Assembly (NCBI RefSeq): GCF_032335695.1
Contig: NZ_JACTOJ010000004.1
Span: 194,029 to 258,028 of the forward strand
Length of the DNA: 64,000 bases
Reading direction: 5' to 3'
DNA from: Clostridium sp. 19966
GTDB lineage: Bacteria > Bacillota > Clostridia > Clostridiales > Clostridiaceae
Below the pieces are notes generated by a model that ran no database searches, was not told the DNA's origin, and saw only the letters and a program-made list of their open reading frames with translations. Positions 10,238-21,125 of the stretch are shown here, piece after piece. Position 1 is the first letter of the stretch; every line of letters starts with the position of its first letter. Both the position numbers and the translations under genes were made by a program.

Positions 10238-10416
10238 TAATGCAAGGAAAAGTTGAAAAGAAAGATTCACCTTTACAGGGAGTTAAATGTGTAGTTAGCA
10301 GCTGTTATTATCACAACGGAAATAACCATTGCAGTGCTTCTGGAATAGAGATAGCACCAAGAGATGCTCATACTCCTCACGAAACAGATTGCAGTACATT
10401 TACTCCATTACGCTAA
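10238..10416 (+). pseudogene. DUF1540-like small cysteine-rich protein gene disrupted by an apparent -1 frameshift in an A5 run (about 10317-10321)
   Basis: Strong RBS AAGGAGG. Frame 1 gives MQGKVEKKDSPLQGVKCVVSSCYYHNGK and then a stop at about 10346. The +1 frame continues NNHCSASGIEIAPRDAHTPHETDCSTFTPLR to a TAA. Joined, the two pieces recall the DUF1540 family pattern VKC.V..C.Y....C.A..I.....TDC.TF. Confidence 0.55.
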
Positions 10417-10544
10417 TAATTGATGCTGGTATCCCCTATATAAATAGAAACTATATTGCTATATATCTAGTTATCTAGTTGTAGTGATACCAATGGTTTT
10501 CATGAAATTAGATGAAGCTCACGATGGCATAGCAAAAAATGAAA

Positions 10545-10592
10545 CCTGCTGCACAGCTAACTAATTAGTTGGTTGGGCAGCAGTTTTTTTAA
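10545..10592. terminator. Two-level hairpin terminator (CTGCTGC...AACTAATTAGTT...GCAGCAG followed by TTTTTTT) between the DUF1540 gene and the convergent GH1 gene
   Basis: Seen in sequence; a T-run on the + strand and an A-run preceding it. Confidence 0.6.
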
Positions 10593-10645
10593 TTATTGGA
10601 CTCTATTTATAAATAGAGTTCTAAGCCTTTTTAGAATTCTTCCTT

Positions 10646-11980
10646 TTAAAATCCATTGTTTCTTATAACTTCACTGTACCATTTTGCGCTGTCTTTAGGA
10701 GTTCTTTTCTGGGTAGCGTAATCCACATGCACTATTCCAAATCTCTTTTCATAGCCAAAGGCCCATTCAAAGTTGTCCATGAAGGACCATAAATAATAGC
10801 CTGCTAAATTCACTCCCTTATTTATAGCTTCATGCATAGCCATAAAATGTCTTTGAAGATAATCTATTCTATTCGTATCTTTTACTGTTCCGTCCAAGCT
10901 TACAATGTCATTGAAGGCAGCTCCGTTTTCTGTGATATATATTTTTACATGGTTATAATCATTGCTTAATTTCACCAAAAGATCTGTAAGTCCTTCCGGT
11001 ATTATCATCCACCCCATCTCAGTTTTTGGCTGCACCCCATCCTTATAGCATATTCCATATGGATCTTCATTATTTTTTGCAATATACGCTGATGAATAAT
11101 AATTTATTCCCAAAAAATCTATTGGCTCACTGGCGATTTTAAGTTCTTCAACATCTATGTCTGGAAATAAATCTAGCTCTTTATATTTTGCCATAGGAGC
11201 TTTTGGATATTCTCCCTTAAATATTGGCTCTGAGAACCAGCTGTTTTCTAACTCGTGAGCAGTCTCGGCTGCTTTTAAAGCTTCCTCACTAGCATTGTAA
11301 GGATATTTGTATCCCATATTTAAAACTATCCCGATTTCTCCCCGGCAGCTCATTTCTCTGAAGGCTTTAACTACCTTTCCATGAGCTACTAAAGCATTAT
11401 GTGCTGCGGTAAGTGCTGCTTTTGTGTCTTTATAGCCAGGAGCATGCTCTCCTCTTTCATAGCTTAATATAGTGAATACCCAAGGTTCATTCATAGTTAT
11501 CCAAGTTGATACCTTATCCCCCAGTTCAGTAAATATATATTTACAATATTCTACAAAATAATCTCCAACCTGAGGATTAGTCCACCCTCCTATGTCCTGA
11601 AGCTTTTGAGGCAAATCCCAGTGATATAATGTTATAGCTGGTTTTATACCTCTTTCTATAAGTAAAGCTACTATTTTTTTATAGAATGCTATTCCTTTAG
11701 GATTCGGTTTGCCAAAGCCATTAGGGAATATTCTTGGCCATGCTATTGAAAATCTGTAAGATTTCATTCCTAAGCTCTTCATTAAATCTATATCTTCTTC
11801 AAATCTGTGGTAATGATCACAGGCTATATCTCCTGTATCTCCATTTAATACATTCCCCGGTATATGCGAAAATCTGTCCCAAATGGATTCTCCTCTGCCA
11901 TCTTCTTTAACTGCTCCTTCTATTTGATAGGATGCCGTAGCTGTTCCCCAAACAAAATCTTTCGGAAATTTAAATTCCAT
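10646..11980 (-). CDS. bglA: GH1 beta-glucosidase / 6-phospho-beta-glucosidase
   Basis: 444 aa; TMNEPW acid/base and YITENG nucleophile motifs. Confidence 0.9.
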   Translation of the reverse strand: MEFKFPKDFVWGTATASYQIEGAVKEDGRGESIWDRFSHIPGNVLNGDTGDIACDHYHRFEEDIDLMKSLGMKSYRFSIAWPRIFPNGFGKPNPKGIAFYKKIVALLIERGIKPAITLYHWDLPQKLQDIGGWTNPQVGDYFVEYCKYIFTELGDKVSTWITMNEPWVFTILSYERGEHAPGYKDTKAALTAAHNALVAHGKVVKAFREMSCRGEIGIVLNMGYKYPYNASEEALKAAETAHELENSWFSEPIFKGEYPKAPMAKYKELDLFPDIDVEELKIASEPIDFLGINYYSSAYIAKNNEDPYGICYKDGVQPKTEMGWMIIPEGLTDLLVKLSNDYNHVKIYITENGAAFNDIVSLDGTVKDTNRIDYLQRHFMAMHEAINKGVNLAGYYLWSFMDNFEWAFGYEKRFGIVHVDYATQKRTPKDSAKWYSEVIRNNGF

Positions 11981-12296
11981 ATTAGCGCCTCCTCGCTTAT
12001 TCTATAAAAGCCCGTACTGTTATTAAAGCTTCATATAATACTATTTTTCTTAATTTAATTATAAATTTATGCATTTAACGCGTGTCCATGATAGTATATC
12101 ATGGAGTTTTTTTGTACACAATGTAATAAATTATAGTTAGTTCTTTAATAATTATAGTTTTTATTCGAAAAAAAGTCCCTAAAAATACATGTTATCTTCT
12201 TTTTCTTACATATTAATTGGTGGAGGTACTTGTTTAAAACATACATAAAAAGCTATAATATTATTGTTAGTACTTGAAGAAGGAAGTGTAGATTTA

Positions 12297-13226
12297 ATGA
12301 ATATAGTTATGCTTGAACCTATTGGAGTTGCAGGTAAAGTTCTAGATCATCTTACTGCTTTTTTGACAGAAAAAGGTCATAAATTTATTCCCTATTTTGA
12401 AAGAAATGACGATGTAGATGTTCTTAAATCCAGAGTTAAAGATGCGGATGTCTTAATAATTGCAAACATGCCTCTTAAAGGCGAGGTTATAAGAGCTGCT
12501 GAAAATTTGAAGTTTATTTCCGTAGCCTTTACTGGTATAGATCATATAGATTTAGAAGTTTGTAAAGAAAAGAACATAATTATAAAGAATGCTGCTGGAT
12601 ACAGCACAAACTCTGTAGCAGAAGTTGCTATTGGACTTATGATAGATGTAATGAGAAATATTGTACCTCTCGATAAGCTTACAAGAGAAGGCGGTACAAA
12701 GGCTGGCTATTCTCAAAGAGAGCTTTTTGGAAAAACTCTCGGCATTGTGGGAACTGGTGCTATAGGTATTAAAACTGCGGAAATAGCTTCTGCTTTCGGA
12801 ATGAATATAATTGCTTACAGCAAGACTAAAAAGTCTGAAGTAATAAATAAAGGTATAAAATATGTGGAGCTCAATGAATTATTGGAAAATAGTGATATTG
12901 TAAGTCTTCATGTACCTTTCACTGCTGAAACCAAGCAGCTTATTAACGGAAAAAACATCGCTAAAATGAAGCCTTCTGCTGTACTTATAAATACTGCTAG
13001 AGGCGGAGTTGTAGACAATGAAGCTTTAGCAAAAGCTCTTTCAGAAGGAAAGATAGCTGGTGCAGGTGTAGATGTTTTTGACATGGAACCTCCTATACCT
13101 GAAGACTATCCTCTGCTTAAGGCTCCAAATGCAGTTTTTACTCCTCACATAGCTTTTGCTGCTGAAGAAGCTATATTGAGAAGAGCTGACATAGTATTTG
13201 ATAATATTAGAGATTATTTAAAATAA
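12297..13226 (+). CDS. D-isomer-specific 2-hydroxyacid dehydrogenase (glycerate/phosphoglycerate dehydrogenase family); the ORF begins at 12264, and the likely start is the ATG at 12297 after GGAAG
   Basis: NAD-binding GxGxxG (GIVGTGAIG), catalytic R/E/H arrangement typical of the family. Confidence 0.8.
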   Translation: MNIVMLEPIGVAGKVLDHLTAFLTEKGHKFIPYFERNDDVDVLKSRVKDADVLIIANMPLKGEVIRAAENLKFISVAFTGIDHIDLEVCKEKNIIIKNAAGYSTNSVAEVAIGLMIDVMRNIVPLDKLTREGGTKAGYSQRELFGKTLGIVGTGAIGIKTAEIASAFGMNIIAYSKTKKSEVINKGIKYVELNELLENSDIVSLHVPFTAETKQLINGKNIAKMKPSAVLINTARGGVVDNEALAKALSEGKIAGAGVDVFDMEPPIPEDYPLLKAPNAVFTPHIAFAAEEAILRRADIVFDNIRDYLK

Positions 13227-13232
13227 TTTAAA

Positions 13233-13336
13233 GGGACGGTTCACAAAAATTTGCGATTTATACTTGCCCAATTTAAGTTGCAAACTTTAAGTTGCAAGCT
13301 ACGAAAGCTGCTAAATAATTGTGAACCGTCCCCATA
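13233..13336. repeat. Palindromic element copy 4 with a long (about 70 nt) spacer that contains a tandem TTTAAGTTGCAA direct repeat
   Basis: Left arm at 13233-13248 and right arm at 13318-13335; begins 7 nt after the stop of the + strand gene. Confidence 0.8.
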
Positions 13337-13339
13337 AAA

Positions 13340-13371
13340 AAATCAGCTTTACGCTGAAGCTGATTTTTTTA
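13340..13371. terminator. Bidirectional rho-independent terminator (AAAAAATCAGCTTtacgctgAAGCTGATTTTTTT)
   Basis: Perfect 9-bp stem flanked by A- and T-runs; overlaps the stop codon of the dapF ORF. Confidence 0.8.
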
Positions 13372-14356
13372 ATATATCCCTTGTATGCTGGTACATTTTT
13401 TCATATTGAATAGTTTCATAATCATAAGCTTTATAGTCAAATCTTTTTAGGATCTCTTCTCTTGATTCAAGTTCATTAGCATAAGGAAGCTTATTTGAGT
13501 CCAAGGTTCCTCTGAATACATAAGTGGCATTACCTATAAATTCTACAGAATATTTATCTCCTATTTTATTGACTATGCATTTTATCATTCCGCCATCATT
13601 GAACACATTTATCTCTTCTCCTAATGGACACTTACCTGCTATAGTACATACTACTACAGATGCTGTCATTCCTGTTCCGCAAGCCTTTGTAAGTCCAACG
13701 CCTCTTTCGTAAGTTTTTACATATATATTATTAGGAGATATAACTTTTACAAAGTTAACATTAACTCCTTTAGGCAATATATTTATGCCGCTGTTAGCTG
13801 TCTTGCCCACCTTCACAAGCTCCTCTTCGCATATTTCATCCATTATTGAAACTAAATGAGGATTTGTAACGCTTACCGCAGAAAAAGTGAGGTTTTCTGA
13901 TAATTCCTTTATATTTTCAAAAAATACTGTGCTCTTACTATTCTCAAGTGGAAGATCAGCTGCATTGAAGGTAATGGAATCAATTGTTATCTTAACAGTC
14001 TTTACTCCTTCATATAAATCATCCATCTTCTTAACTAAGTATTGAGCTTTCATAGTTTCAATAGTTACCTCGTTCATATTAAAGGCTTCCAATACATATC
14101 TTCCTACGCATCTCAAGCCATTCCCACACATTTCTGGCTCAGTACCATCTGCATTAAAAATTCTCATCTTTCCATGGCAGCTACTGCTTTTCTGCACAAA
14201 AAGTATTCCATCAGCCCCAATGGATTTTTTCCTGTCACATAAAGTTATAGCCAAATTTCTTCTTTGCTCTTCATTAAAATTAAAAACATGTGATATCTCG
14301 TCAATAAGTATAAAATCATTGCCCGTACCATGACATTTAATAATAGGAATCTTCAT
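13349..14356 (-). CDS. dapF: Diaminopimelate epimerase with an unusual C-terminal extension of about 50 aa
   Basis: Both catalytic Cys motifs (MCGNGLRC and ACGTGMTAS); 335 aa against about 275-290 typical. Confidence 0.75.
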   Translation of the reverse strand: MKIPIIKCHGTGNDFILIDEISHVFNFNEEQRRNLAITLCDRKKSIGADGILFVQKSSSCHGKMRIFNADGTEPEMCGNGLRCVGRYVLEAFNMNEVTIETMKAQYLVKKMDDLYEGVKTVKITIDSITFNAADLPLENSKSTVFFENIKELSENLTFSAVSVTNPHLVSIMDEICEEELVKVGKTANSGINILPKGVNVNFVKVISPNNIYVKTYERGVGLTKACGTGMTASVVVCTIAGKCPLGEEINVFNDGGMIKCIVNKIGDKYSVEFIGNATYVFRGTLDSNKLPYANELESREEILKRFDYKAYDYETIQYEKMYQHTRDILKKSASA

Positions 14357-14685
14357 TTATAATCCTCCCCATAATACAAGAACGCATATGGATTGTTATT
14401 TTACCAATATATTATTAACACACCTTCTCGTTCTTTATTTTTAAATTCATCTAAATGTAGTATTAAAGCAGTGTAAAAATCAACACTGGTTTAAAATAGA
14501 GCCTTAAGTTAAAAAATAAATTATTTTTTAACATTAATATAACTATATTTTATCATTTTTCACATTAATAAATCTATCTTTATAATACTTTTTTATTTAA
14601 TATTTTTATAATTTTATGAAATCGTTTTAAATTATATTTATAAAAATTTACATATCATAATGTAATAAGTCTTATTTTAAATGAA

Positions 14686-14730
14686 AAAAGGCCCACATAC
14701 CATAAATTTTGTATGCAGACCTTTTAAACT
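14686..14730 (-). terminator. Probable rho-independent terminator downstream of ldh (imperfect stem GGTCTGCATAC / GTATGTGGGCC plus UUUUU on the minus strand)
   Basis: Seen in sequence. Confidence 0.45.
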
Positions 14731-15685
14731 ATATATTTAAGCTTTTTAAAACTTCGGACATGTTTTCTGCGCTCTTTTTCAAAAGTGCTATTTCTTCGCT
14801 GGCAAGAGGAACTTCTACTTTTCTATCTATTCCTTCACTGGATAATATGCAAGGAATGCTTAAAGCCACATTTTTAATGCCGTATTCTCCTCTTAATGTA
14901 GTTGACACTGGAAGTATACTCTGTTCATTTAGCAGTACAGCCTTCACCAGTCTATTTACGGTCATAGCAATTCCTGAACTTGTATATCCCTTATATTGAA
15001 CGATATCAAGCCCTACTTCTCTTACTTCATTTAATATTTCTTCTTTATTTAATGCTACGTCTTTTCCATAAACCTCTGATAGCTTATCAAAAGGAACTCC
15101 TGCAATATTTACAGTGCTCCAAGTGGCAAAAGCGCTGCTTCCGTGCTCTCCCATTATATATCCATGTACGTTTTTAGCATCCACTGAATACTTTTCAGCT
15201 ATTATTCTTCTGAATCTTGCTGTATCTAAGGATGTTCCTGTTCCGATTATCTTCTTTTCGTCGTATCCAAAATGATTTTGAGCTAAATATGTTAGTATAT
15301 CCACCGGATTGCTTACAGTTATTATAACTGCATCCTTGGTGTATTTACATATGCTTTCCATCACACTGGACATTACTTTTACATTTCTATCTGCCAATAT
15401 CAATCTATCAAGCTTTTCTCCTGGCTTAATACTTGGTCCAGCAGTCATTACTATTACTTGTGCATCCTTGCAGTCTTCATAGTCTCCTACTCTGATAGAA
15501 ACATTAGGGCTATATGCAAAGGAGGTGGTATGGCTTGCATCTAATGCCTCTCCTTTAGCCTTATCCTTATTCATATCTACAATTACAATTTCAGATATAA
15601 GCGATAATGACAACAATGCATTTAAAACCGAGCTTCCAACCATGCCGGCTCCAATGACTACAACTTTATTTTTAACAGGTTTCAT
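14729..15685 (-). CDS. ldh: L-lactate dehydrogenase; the ORF extends to 15736, and the likely start is Met18 (MKPVKNKVVVIGAG) at 15685
   Basis: GAGMVG NAD-binding loop; GEHGSS active-site histidine motif; 318 aa from the proposed start. Confidence 0.85.
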   Translation of the reverse strand: MKPVKNKVVVIGAGMVGSSVLNALLSLSLISEIVIVDMNKDKAKGEALDASHTTSFAYSPNVSIRVGDYEDCKDAQVIVMTAGPSIKPGEKLDRLILADRNVKVMSSVMESICKYTKDAVIITVSNPVDILTYLAQNHFGYDEKKIIGTGTSLDTARFRRIIAEKYSVDAKNVHGYIMGEHGSSAFATWSTVNIAGVPFDKLSEVYGKDVALNKEEILNEVREVGLDIVQYKGYTSSGIAMTVNRLVKAVLLNEQSILPVSTTLRGEYGIKNVALSIPCILSSEGIDRKVEVPLASEEIALLKKSAENMSEVLKSLNI

Positions 15686-15978
15686 GATTCTTTTATCCTC
15701 CTCGCTTATTATAGGATTTCTATAGTTTATTTTCATTTATATATTGCAAAATATTATATTCAAAAATATTTCACCACGTGAATAAATGTACAGCTTACTT
15801 TGAAGTCCTATATATAAAACTAATTTTAAATTACTATACTTATCAATATTATTCTACCATTTATGAATATTTCTACACAACAATTTGCGATTAAATATAA
15901 AAAAACCATGAATTTAGCATAAAATCTAAGCAAAAAGTATTTATTTTGCAATTTTAAACGATAAACATTGCAATTATA

Positions 15979-16080
15979 AGGGGACGGTTCACAAAAATTA
16001 GCATTGAAGGCGCCAATTTTCTTGTGAACCGTCCCCTAAAAATTTAACTTCAGGTGCAAAAGCTTGTGAACCGTCCCCTA
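15979..16080. repeat. Palindromic element copy 5 (left arm, right arm, and an extra right arm at 16064-16080)
   Basis: GGGGACGGTTCACAA...TTGTGAACCGTCCCC...TTGTGAACCGTCCCC; ends about 15 nt before the xylB stop. Confidence 0.85.
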
Positions 16081-16094
16081 CTTTTTCCTACTTT

Positions 16095-17612
16095 TTAGAA
16101 ACTTAACAACTTGAAGGAATCCTTTAAGCTCGGATAAAGCTTTGTGAAAACTTCATATACCTTATTGTATTTTTCTACATTTTCAGGTATTGGAGATACT
16201 TCATTTGTAACCTTTATTAGCTTTTCACAGGCTTCATCTACGGTTTTGAATAATCCACAGCCAACAGCTGCAAGGATAGCAGCACCGTAGGCTGGTCCTT
16301 CTTTTGAATTTATGAGAGCTACCTTAGTATTTAAAACATCTGCAAGTATCTGTCTCCACAAAACGCTCTTGGAGCCGCCGCCGCTTACTCTCACTTCTTC
16401 TATTGGAACCTTGAGAGACCTTAATATTTCTAAAGAATCTCTAAGTCCAAAACATACACCTTCAAGAATTGCTCTGGTCATGTCTCCTCTTTCAGTGGTC
16501 ATGGTCATGCCTACGAAGGTTCCTTTTGCGTGAGGATCTGAATGAGGTGTCCTCTCTCCCATAAGATATGGAAGATAAACCACTCCATTAGCTCCAACCT
16601 TGCTTTTAGCTGCTTCTTCAAGAAGGAAATCAAAAGTTTTAGCCGAATCTTCCCCGCATAAGCCTTTATTTATCTGCTCTACCCACCATTTAAGGCAAGA
16701 AGCCGCAGAAAGCATAACTCCCATCTGATGGTATTTTCCATTAGCATGGCAGAAGGAGTGAAGTCTGTTGTCATCATCTACTTCATATTTTTCAGAGCTT
16801 GCAAATATTACTCCAGAGGTTCCAAGAGCCGCTGATAATATTCCCTCTGATACTGTACCAGTTCCAACTGCTCCAGCTGCCTGGTCTCCTGCTCCACCTA
16901 CAACAATAGTAGCTGTAGCAAGTCCTGTATATTCAGCCACTTCTTCTGTAAGAGTTCCAGTTGGCTCCCAGGATTCTACTACTCTTGGAAGCATTGCTTC
17001 AGTTATTCCTGTTATCTCAAGCATCTCCTTAGACCACTTTCTTCCTTCCACGTCTAAAAGCAGCATTCCTGATGCATCTGAAACATCTGTGGCAAATTCT
17101 CCAGTAAGCTTCAATCTGATGTAATCCTTTGGAAGCATTATATACTTAGCTTTTGCAAATATTTCAGGCTCATGCTTTTTAACCCATAATATTTTTGGTG
17201 CTGTGAAGCCTGTCAATGCTTTATTTCCTGTATACTTTGATAATTTATCTTGTCCTATAACTTCATTTAAATACACACATTCTTCTTCTGTTCTTTGATC
17301 ACACCAAAGAATGGCTGGACGAAGCACGGAATAATGCTCATCAAGCATAACTAAACCATGCATTTGCCCGCTAAAGCCTATTCCCTTTACAGCTTCGCTG
17401 CTTAATTTAGATTTTGCCAATAATTCTTTAAGTCCGTCTCTAACTGCTTCCCACCAATCTTCTGGGTTCTGTTCTGCAAAGCCAGGCTTAGGATAGCTTA
17501 CATCATAGTCCTTTGACAAAGCTTCTACTACCTTACCTTCATCATTCATAATAACTAACTTTACTGAGGAAGTTCCTAAATCAATTCCTACAAAATTCAT
17601 AACTTTCACCAT
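16095..17612 (-). CDS. xylB: Xylulokinase (FGGY family)
   Basis: N-terminal GIDLGTSSVK; FGGY C-terminal motifs; position within the xylose cluster. Confidence 0.9.
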   Translation of the reverse strand: MVKVMNFVGIDLGTSSVKLVIMNDEGKVVEALSKDYDVSYPKPGFAEQNPEDWWEAVRDGLKELLAKSKLSSEAVKGIGFSGQMHGLVMLDEHYSVLRPAILWCDQRTEEECVYLNEVIGQDKLSKYTGNKALTGFTAPKILWVKKHEPEIFAKAKYIMLPKDYIRLKLTGEFATDVSDASGMLLLDVEGRKWSKEMLEITGITEAMLPRVVESWEPTGTLTEEVAEYTGLATATIVVGGAGDQAAGAVGTGTVSEGILSAALGTSGVIFASSEKYEVDDDNRLHSFCHANGKYHQMGVMLSAASCLKWWVEQINKGLCGEDSAKTFDFLLEEAAKSKVGANGVVYLPYLMGERTPHSDPHAKGTFVGMTMTTERGDMTRAILEGVCFGLRDSLEILRSLKVPIEEVRVSGGGSKSVLWRQILADVLNTKVALINSKEGPAYGAAILAAVGCGLFKTVDEACEKLIKVTNEVSPIPENVEKYNKVYEVFTKLYPSLKDSFKLLSF

Positions 17613-17615
17613 CCA

Positions 17616-18263
17616 CTATTTATTAAAGGCCTCGTTCCAATCTTTCTTAAACTTCTCTATTCCTGCATCTGTCAAGGGATGCTTAACCATCTGAAGTATA
17701 ACTTTATATGGTACTGTAGCTATATGAGCTCCAGCTCTTGCAGCATCTATTATATGAACAGGATGTCTTATGCTTGCTGCTATTATTTCTGTATTTATAT
17801 CATGAATTGCAAATATATCTGCTATAGTTTCTATAAGTTCAATACCGTTGAAAGATATATCATCAAGTCTTCCTAGGAATGGGCTCACATAAGTAGCACC
17901 TGCTCTAGCAGCCAGCAATGCCTGATTTGCTGAGAAGATTAAAGTTACATTTGTTTTTATTCCTTCTTTAGCTAAAACCTTAACAGCTTTTAATCCTTCT
18001 ATTGTCATTGGTATCTTTACTACCATGTTTTTGTGAATTGCTGCAATTTCTCTTCCTTCTTTGATCATACCCTCAGCATCTTCACTTATAACTTCACCGC
18101 TGATAGGTCCATCTACTATTGAAGCTATCTCTTTAATAGTTTGTATGAAATCTCTTCCTTCTTTAGCTATTAAAGATGGATTTGTAGTCACCCCGCAGAT
18201 TACTCCCATATCATTAGCAGCCTTTATTTCCTCTACATTAGCTGTATCTATAAATAATTTCAT
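17616..18263 (-). CDS. tal: Transaldolase / fructose-6-phosphate aldolase (short TalC/Fsa type)
   Basis: 215 aa; [15 protein letters not shown]-terminus; Schiff-base lysine context KIPMT. Confidence 0.85.
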   Translation of the reverse strand: MKLFIDTANVEEIKAANDMGVICGVTTNPSLIAKEGRDFIQTIKEIASIVDGPISGEVISEDAEGMIKEGREIAAIHKNMVVKIPMTIEGLKAVKVLAKEGIKTNVTLIFSANQALLAARAGATYVSPFLGRLDDISFNGIELIETIADIFAIHDINTEIIAASIRHPVHIIDAARAGAHIATVPYKVILQMVKHPLTDAGIEKFKKDWNEAFNK

Positions 18264-18302
18264 ATACGTCCCTCCATTTTATTTTAAATTTATTTTTTTA
18301 TA

Positions 18303-19463
18303 TTATATTGTATAAAATTCAAAACCCTCCATAATGGGTATTAGAGAAGCTCCCATTATGTCAGCATCCTTGCCTAAAAGAGAAAATAATATATTTATAT
18401 CCTCCCTTGAGTAAAGTCTGTTGTTCTCAAATATTTTATTTTTAAGCCTATCAAAAAATACATCTTTATATAGACTTATTTCTCCTCCAATTACTACGTA
18501 GTGAGGATTGAATATAAATATTAAATTTTCAATTCCGTCGGATAAATCAGAAATATAATTATCAAGAACTTTTTCGGCCGTCGCTTCTCCAGATCTAAAT
18601 TTTTCTACAAACTCAGAGATGCTATGGAGCTTCAAACCGGCAGCATTGTTATAATCCTTTAGCAAAGCTCTATTTGAAGCATAAGTTTCAAAACAGCCTC
18701 TTTTGCCGCAGCTGCATAATCTTCCATCTTTATTTATGCTCATATGTCCAATTTCACCAGCCCTCATGCTGGAGCCCTTAAACATCTTCTGATCTATTAT
18801 CATGCCGCCTCCAACACCTTCTGTGATGGATATATAAATCACACTTTCTTTTTCTTTAGCGGTGCCAAGATTCCATTCTGCTAGAGCTCCAGCATTGGCT
18901 TCATTTTCAAGATATACTGGCACATTTATCTTTTCCTTCAGCTCCTGAAAAAATACGTCCTTAAGATTGAAATTAGTAGCCACTTGAAGTCTAAGCTTAT
19001 TTCGATCTACTATACCTGGAAGAGATATTCCTATACCCATCAATATATTTGAGGTCACACCATTACTGCTCATCAATTGCTGAACAAGCTTTTCCATGCA
19101 GCTTATTACAGCCTCACCCTCAAGGGATTCTAATTCTTCTGATATATCGTCTATTATATTACTGTCTAAATTAGTTAAAATTGCTCTTACAAAATCCTTT
19201 TGAAGAGATAGTCCTATGCTGAATCTGGAATCTGGCAGAAATCTTATTATCACTGGTTTTCTTCCGCCTGTAGATCCTGCCACCCCAGCTTCCTCAACAA
19301 TTCCTTCCTCTATCAATTCTCCAACTATTGTAGTCACGGTAGGCACGCTGATATTGAGCTTTCTTGCTATATCTAGTTTAGTTAATTCTCTTTCTGCTAA
19401 AAGAAGTTTTATTATTCTCTTGCGATTATTTATTTTTATATTTGTCTGATCTATTGCTAACAT
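18303..19463 (-). CDS. xylR: ROK-family transcriptional regulator (XylR-type: N-terminal HTH plus ROK sugar-kinase-like domain)
   Basis: HTH LTKLDIARKLNISVPTVTTIV; ROK Cys/His zinc motif HMSINKDGRLCSCGKRGCFE. Confidence 0.8.
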   Translation of the reverse strand: MLAIDQTNIKINNRKRIIKLLLAERELTKLDIARKLNISVPTVTTIVGELIEEGIVEEAGVAGSTGGRKPVIIRFLPDSRFSIGLSLQKDFVRAILTNLDSNIIDDISEELESLEGEAVISCMEKLVQQLMSSNGVTSNILMGIGISLPGIVDRNKLRLQVATNFNLKDVFFQELKEKINVPVYLENEANAGALAEWNLGTAKEKESVIYISITEGVGGGMIIDQKMFKGSSMRAGEIGHMSINKDGRLCSCGKRGCFETYASNRALLKDYNNAAGLKLHSISEFVEKFRSGEATAEKVLDNYISDLSDGIENLIFIFNPHYVVIGGEISLYKDVFFDRLKNKIFENNRLYSREDINILFSLLGKDADIMGASLIPIMEGFEFYTI

Positions 19464-19634
19464 AATTTCACCACTTCATATAAAAGCTGCATGAAGACAT
19501 AATCTCCATGCAAGCTCTGTAAATACCTTTATGGGATTTCCAGTACCAAAATTTTAATTCATAAATATTTTTTATGCAAGTTTTTATTATTGATTTTTTC
19601 CTGCATAAAGCTTGGTTTTTAAACCGTTATACTA

Positions 19635-20984
19635 TTATTTATCACCATATATATACTGGTTTACTATAGCCTCAAGCATTTCTTGTCTTCCTGACTTATT
19701 TGTTATATGGCTATGAGCTAAAGCATATTTTTCTAAGGCTTCAAAGTCTACTTTACCATCAACTATGTCCTTACCTATTCCTTCGCTGAAGCTAACATAT
19801 CTTCCTTTAACAAATTCTTCAAGCTCTCCAGTCTCTAAAAGCTTCTGAGCTACCTTATAGCCCTTAGCTATTGTATCCATTCCTGCTATATAAGCAAGGA
19901 ATAAATCCTGATATTCAAAGGAAGCTCTTCTAACCTTTGCATCGAAATTAAGTCCTCCTGGTGCAATTCCTCCATTCTTTATAACTTCATACATAGCAAG
20001 AGTTGCATCGTATATGTTTGTTGGGAACTGATCTGTATCCCATCCTAAGTTTGGATCTCCCTGGTTTACATCAAGACTTCCAAGTACACCATTTGTTCTT
20101 GCAACAGCAATTTCATGCTGGAAGGTATGGGTTGCAAGAGTTGCATGGTTAGCCTCTATGTTGATTTTGAAATATTTATCTAAGTCGTATTTTCTAAGGA
20201 AAGCTAAAACTGTAGCTACATCAAAATCATACTGATGCTTTGTAGGTTCCTTTGGTTTTGGCTCTATTAGGAACTGTCCAGTAAAGCCTATCTTTTTAGC
20301 ATAATCTACAGCCATGTGGAAGAATCTTGCTAAGTTATCCTGCTCTAATTGCATGTCAGTGTTAAGAAGTGTTTCATAGCCTTCTCTTCCACCCCAGAAT
20401 ACATAGTTTTCTCCGCCCAGCTTTTTAGTAACTTCCATAGCCTTTTTAACCTGAGCTGCTGCATATGCATAAACATCTGCGTTACAAGTTGTAGCTGCAC
20501 CATGTACAAATCTTGGGTTTCCGAACATATTAGCAGTGCCCCATAGAAGTTTCTTGTTGTACTTGCCCATTAATTCTTTGCAATAATCAACTATTTCATC
20601 AAGTATGGCATTAGTTTCTTCTAAATCCTTTCCTTCTGGAGCTATATCTCTGTCATGGAATGCAAAATATTCTATGCCAGTCTTATCCATAAATTCAAAA
20701 GCAGCTTCCATTCTGATTTTTGCAAGTTTTACTGGATCTTTTTCTCCATCCCAAGGCTTCTGATAAGTTCCTACACCAAATGGATCCGAACCTTCTGCTG
20801 TTAAAGTGTGCCAAAAGGACATTGTAAATCTTAAATGATCCTTCAATGGTTTTCCATTAACTATTTCATCTGGATTGTAGTACTTATAGGCTAATGGATT
20901 TTTAGAATCCTTGCCTTCAAATTTTATTTTTTCTATACCCTTAAAATATTCAGTCATGATAACCCTCCTTGAAATCATTTTCAT
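19635..20984 (-). CDS. xylA: Xylose isomerase; the likely start is MTEYF, a few codons in from the ORF start
   Basis: Conserved FEPKP and WGGREG motifs; about 439 aa. Confidence 0.9.
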   Translation of the reverse strand: MKMISRRVIMTEYFKGIEKIKFEGKDSKNPLAYKYYNPDEIVNGKPLKDHLRFTMSFWHTLTAEGSDPFGVGTYQKPWDGEKDPVKLAKIRMEAAFEFMDKTGIEYFAFHDRDIAPEGKDLEETNAILDEIVDYCKELMGKYNKKLLWGTANMFGNPRFVHGAATTCNADVYAYAAAQVKKAMEVTKKLGGENYVFWGGREGYETLLNTDMQLEQDNLARFFHMAVDYAKKIGFTGQFLIEPKPKEPTKHQYDFDVATVLAFLRKYDLDKYFKINIEANHATLATHTFQHEIAVARTNGVLGSLDVNQGDPNLGWDTDQFPTNIYDATLAMYEVIKNGGIAPGGLNFDAKVRRASFEYQDLFLAYIAGMDTIAKGYKVAQKLLETGELEEFVKGRYVSFSEGIGKDIVDGKVDFEALEKYALAHSHITNKSGRQEMLEAIVNQYIYGDK

Positions 20985-21063
20985 TTCTATATATTTATAA
21001 TACTACAATAGCAATACTTTTTCAACGTCTTTTTAAAAGTATTTTAAAAACTTTTTTTGAAAT

Positions 21064-21121
21064 AGGGGACGGTTCACAAATTTTTGCAGCTATTACTGCG
21101 AATTTTTGTGAACCGTCCCCT
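21064..21121. repeat. Palindromic element copy 6, immediately 3' of cadA-type ATPase gene
   Basis: GGGGACGGTTCACAA-N27-TTGTGAACCGTCCCC ending 5 nt before the stop codon at 21126. Confidence 0.85.
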
Positions 21122-21125
21122 AGAT

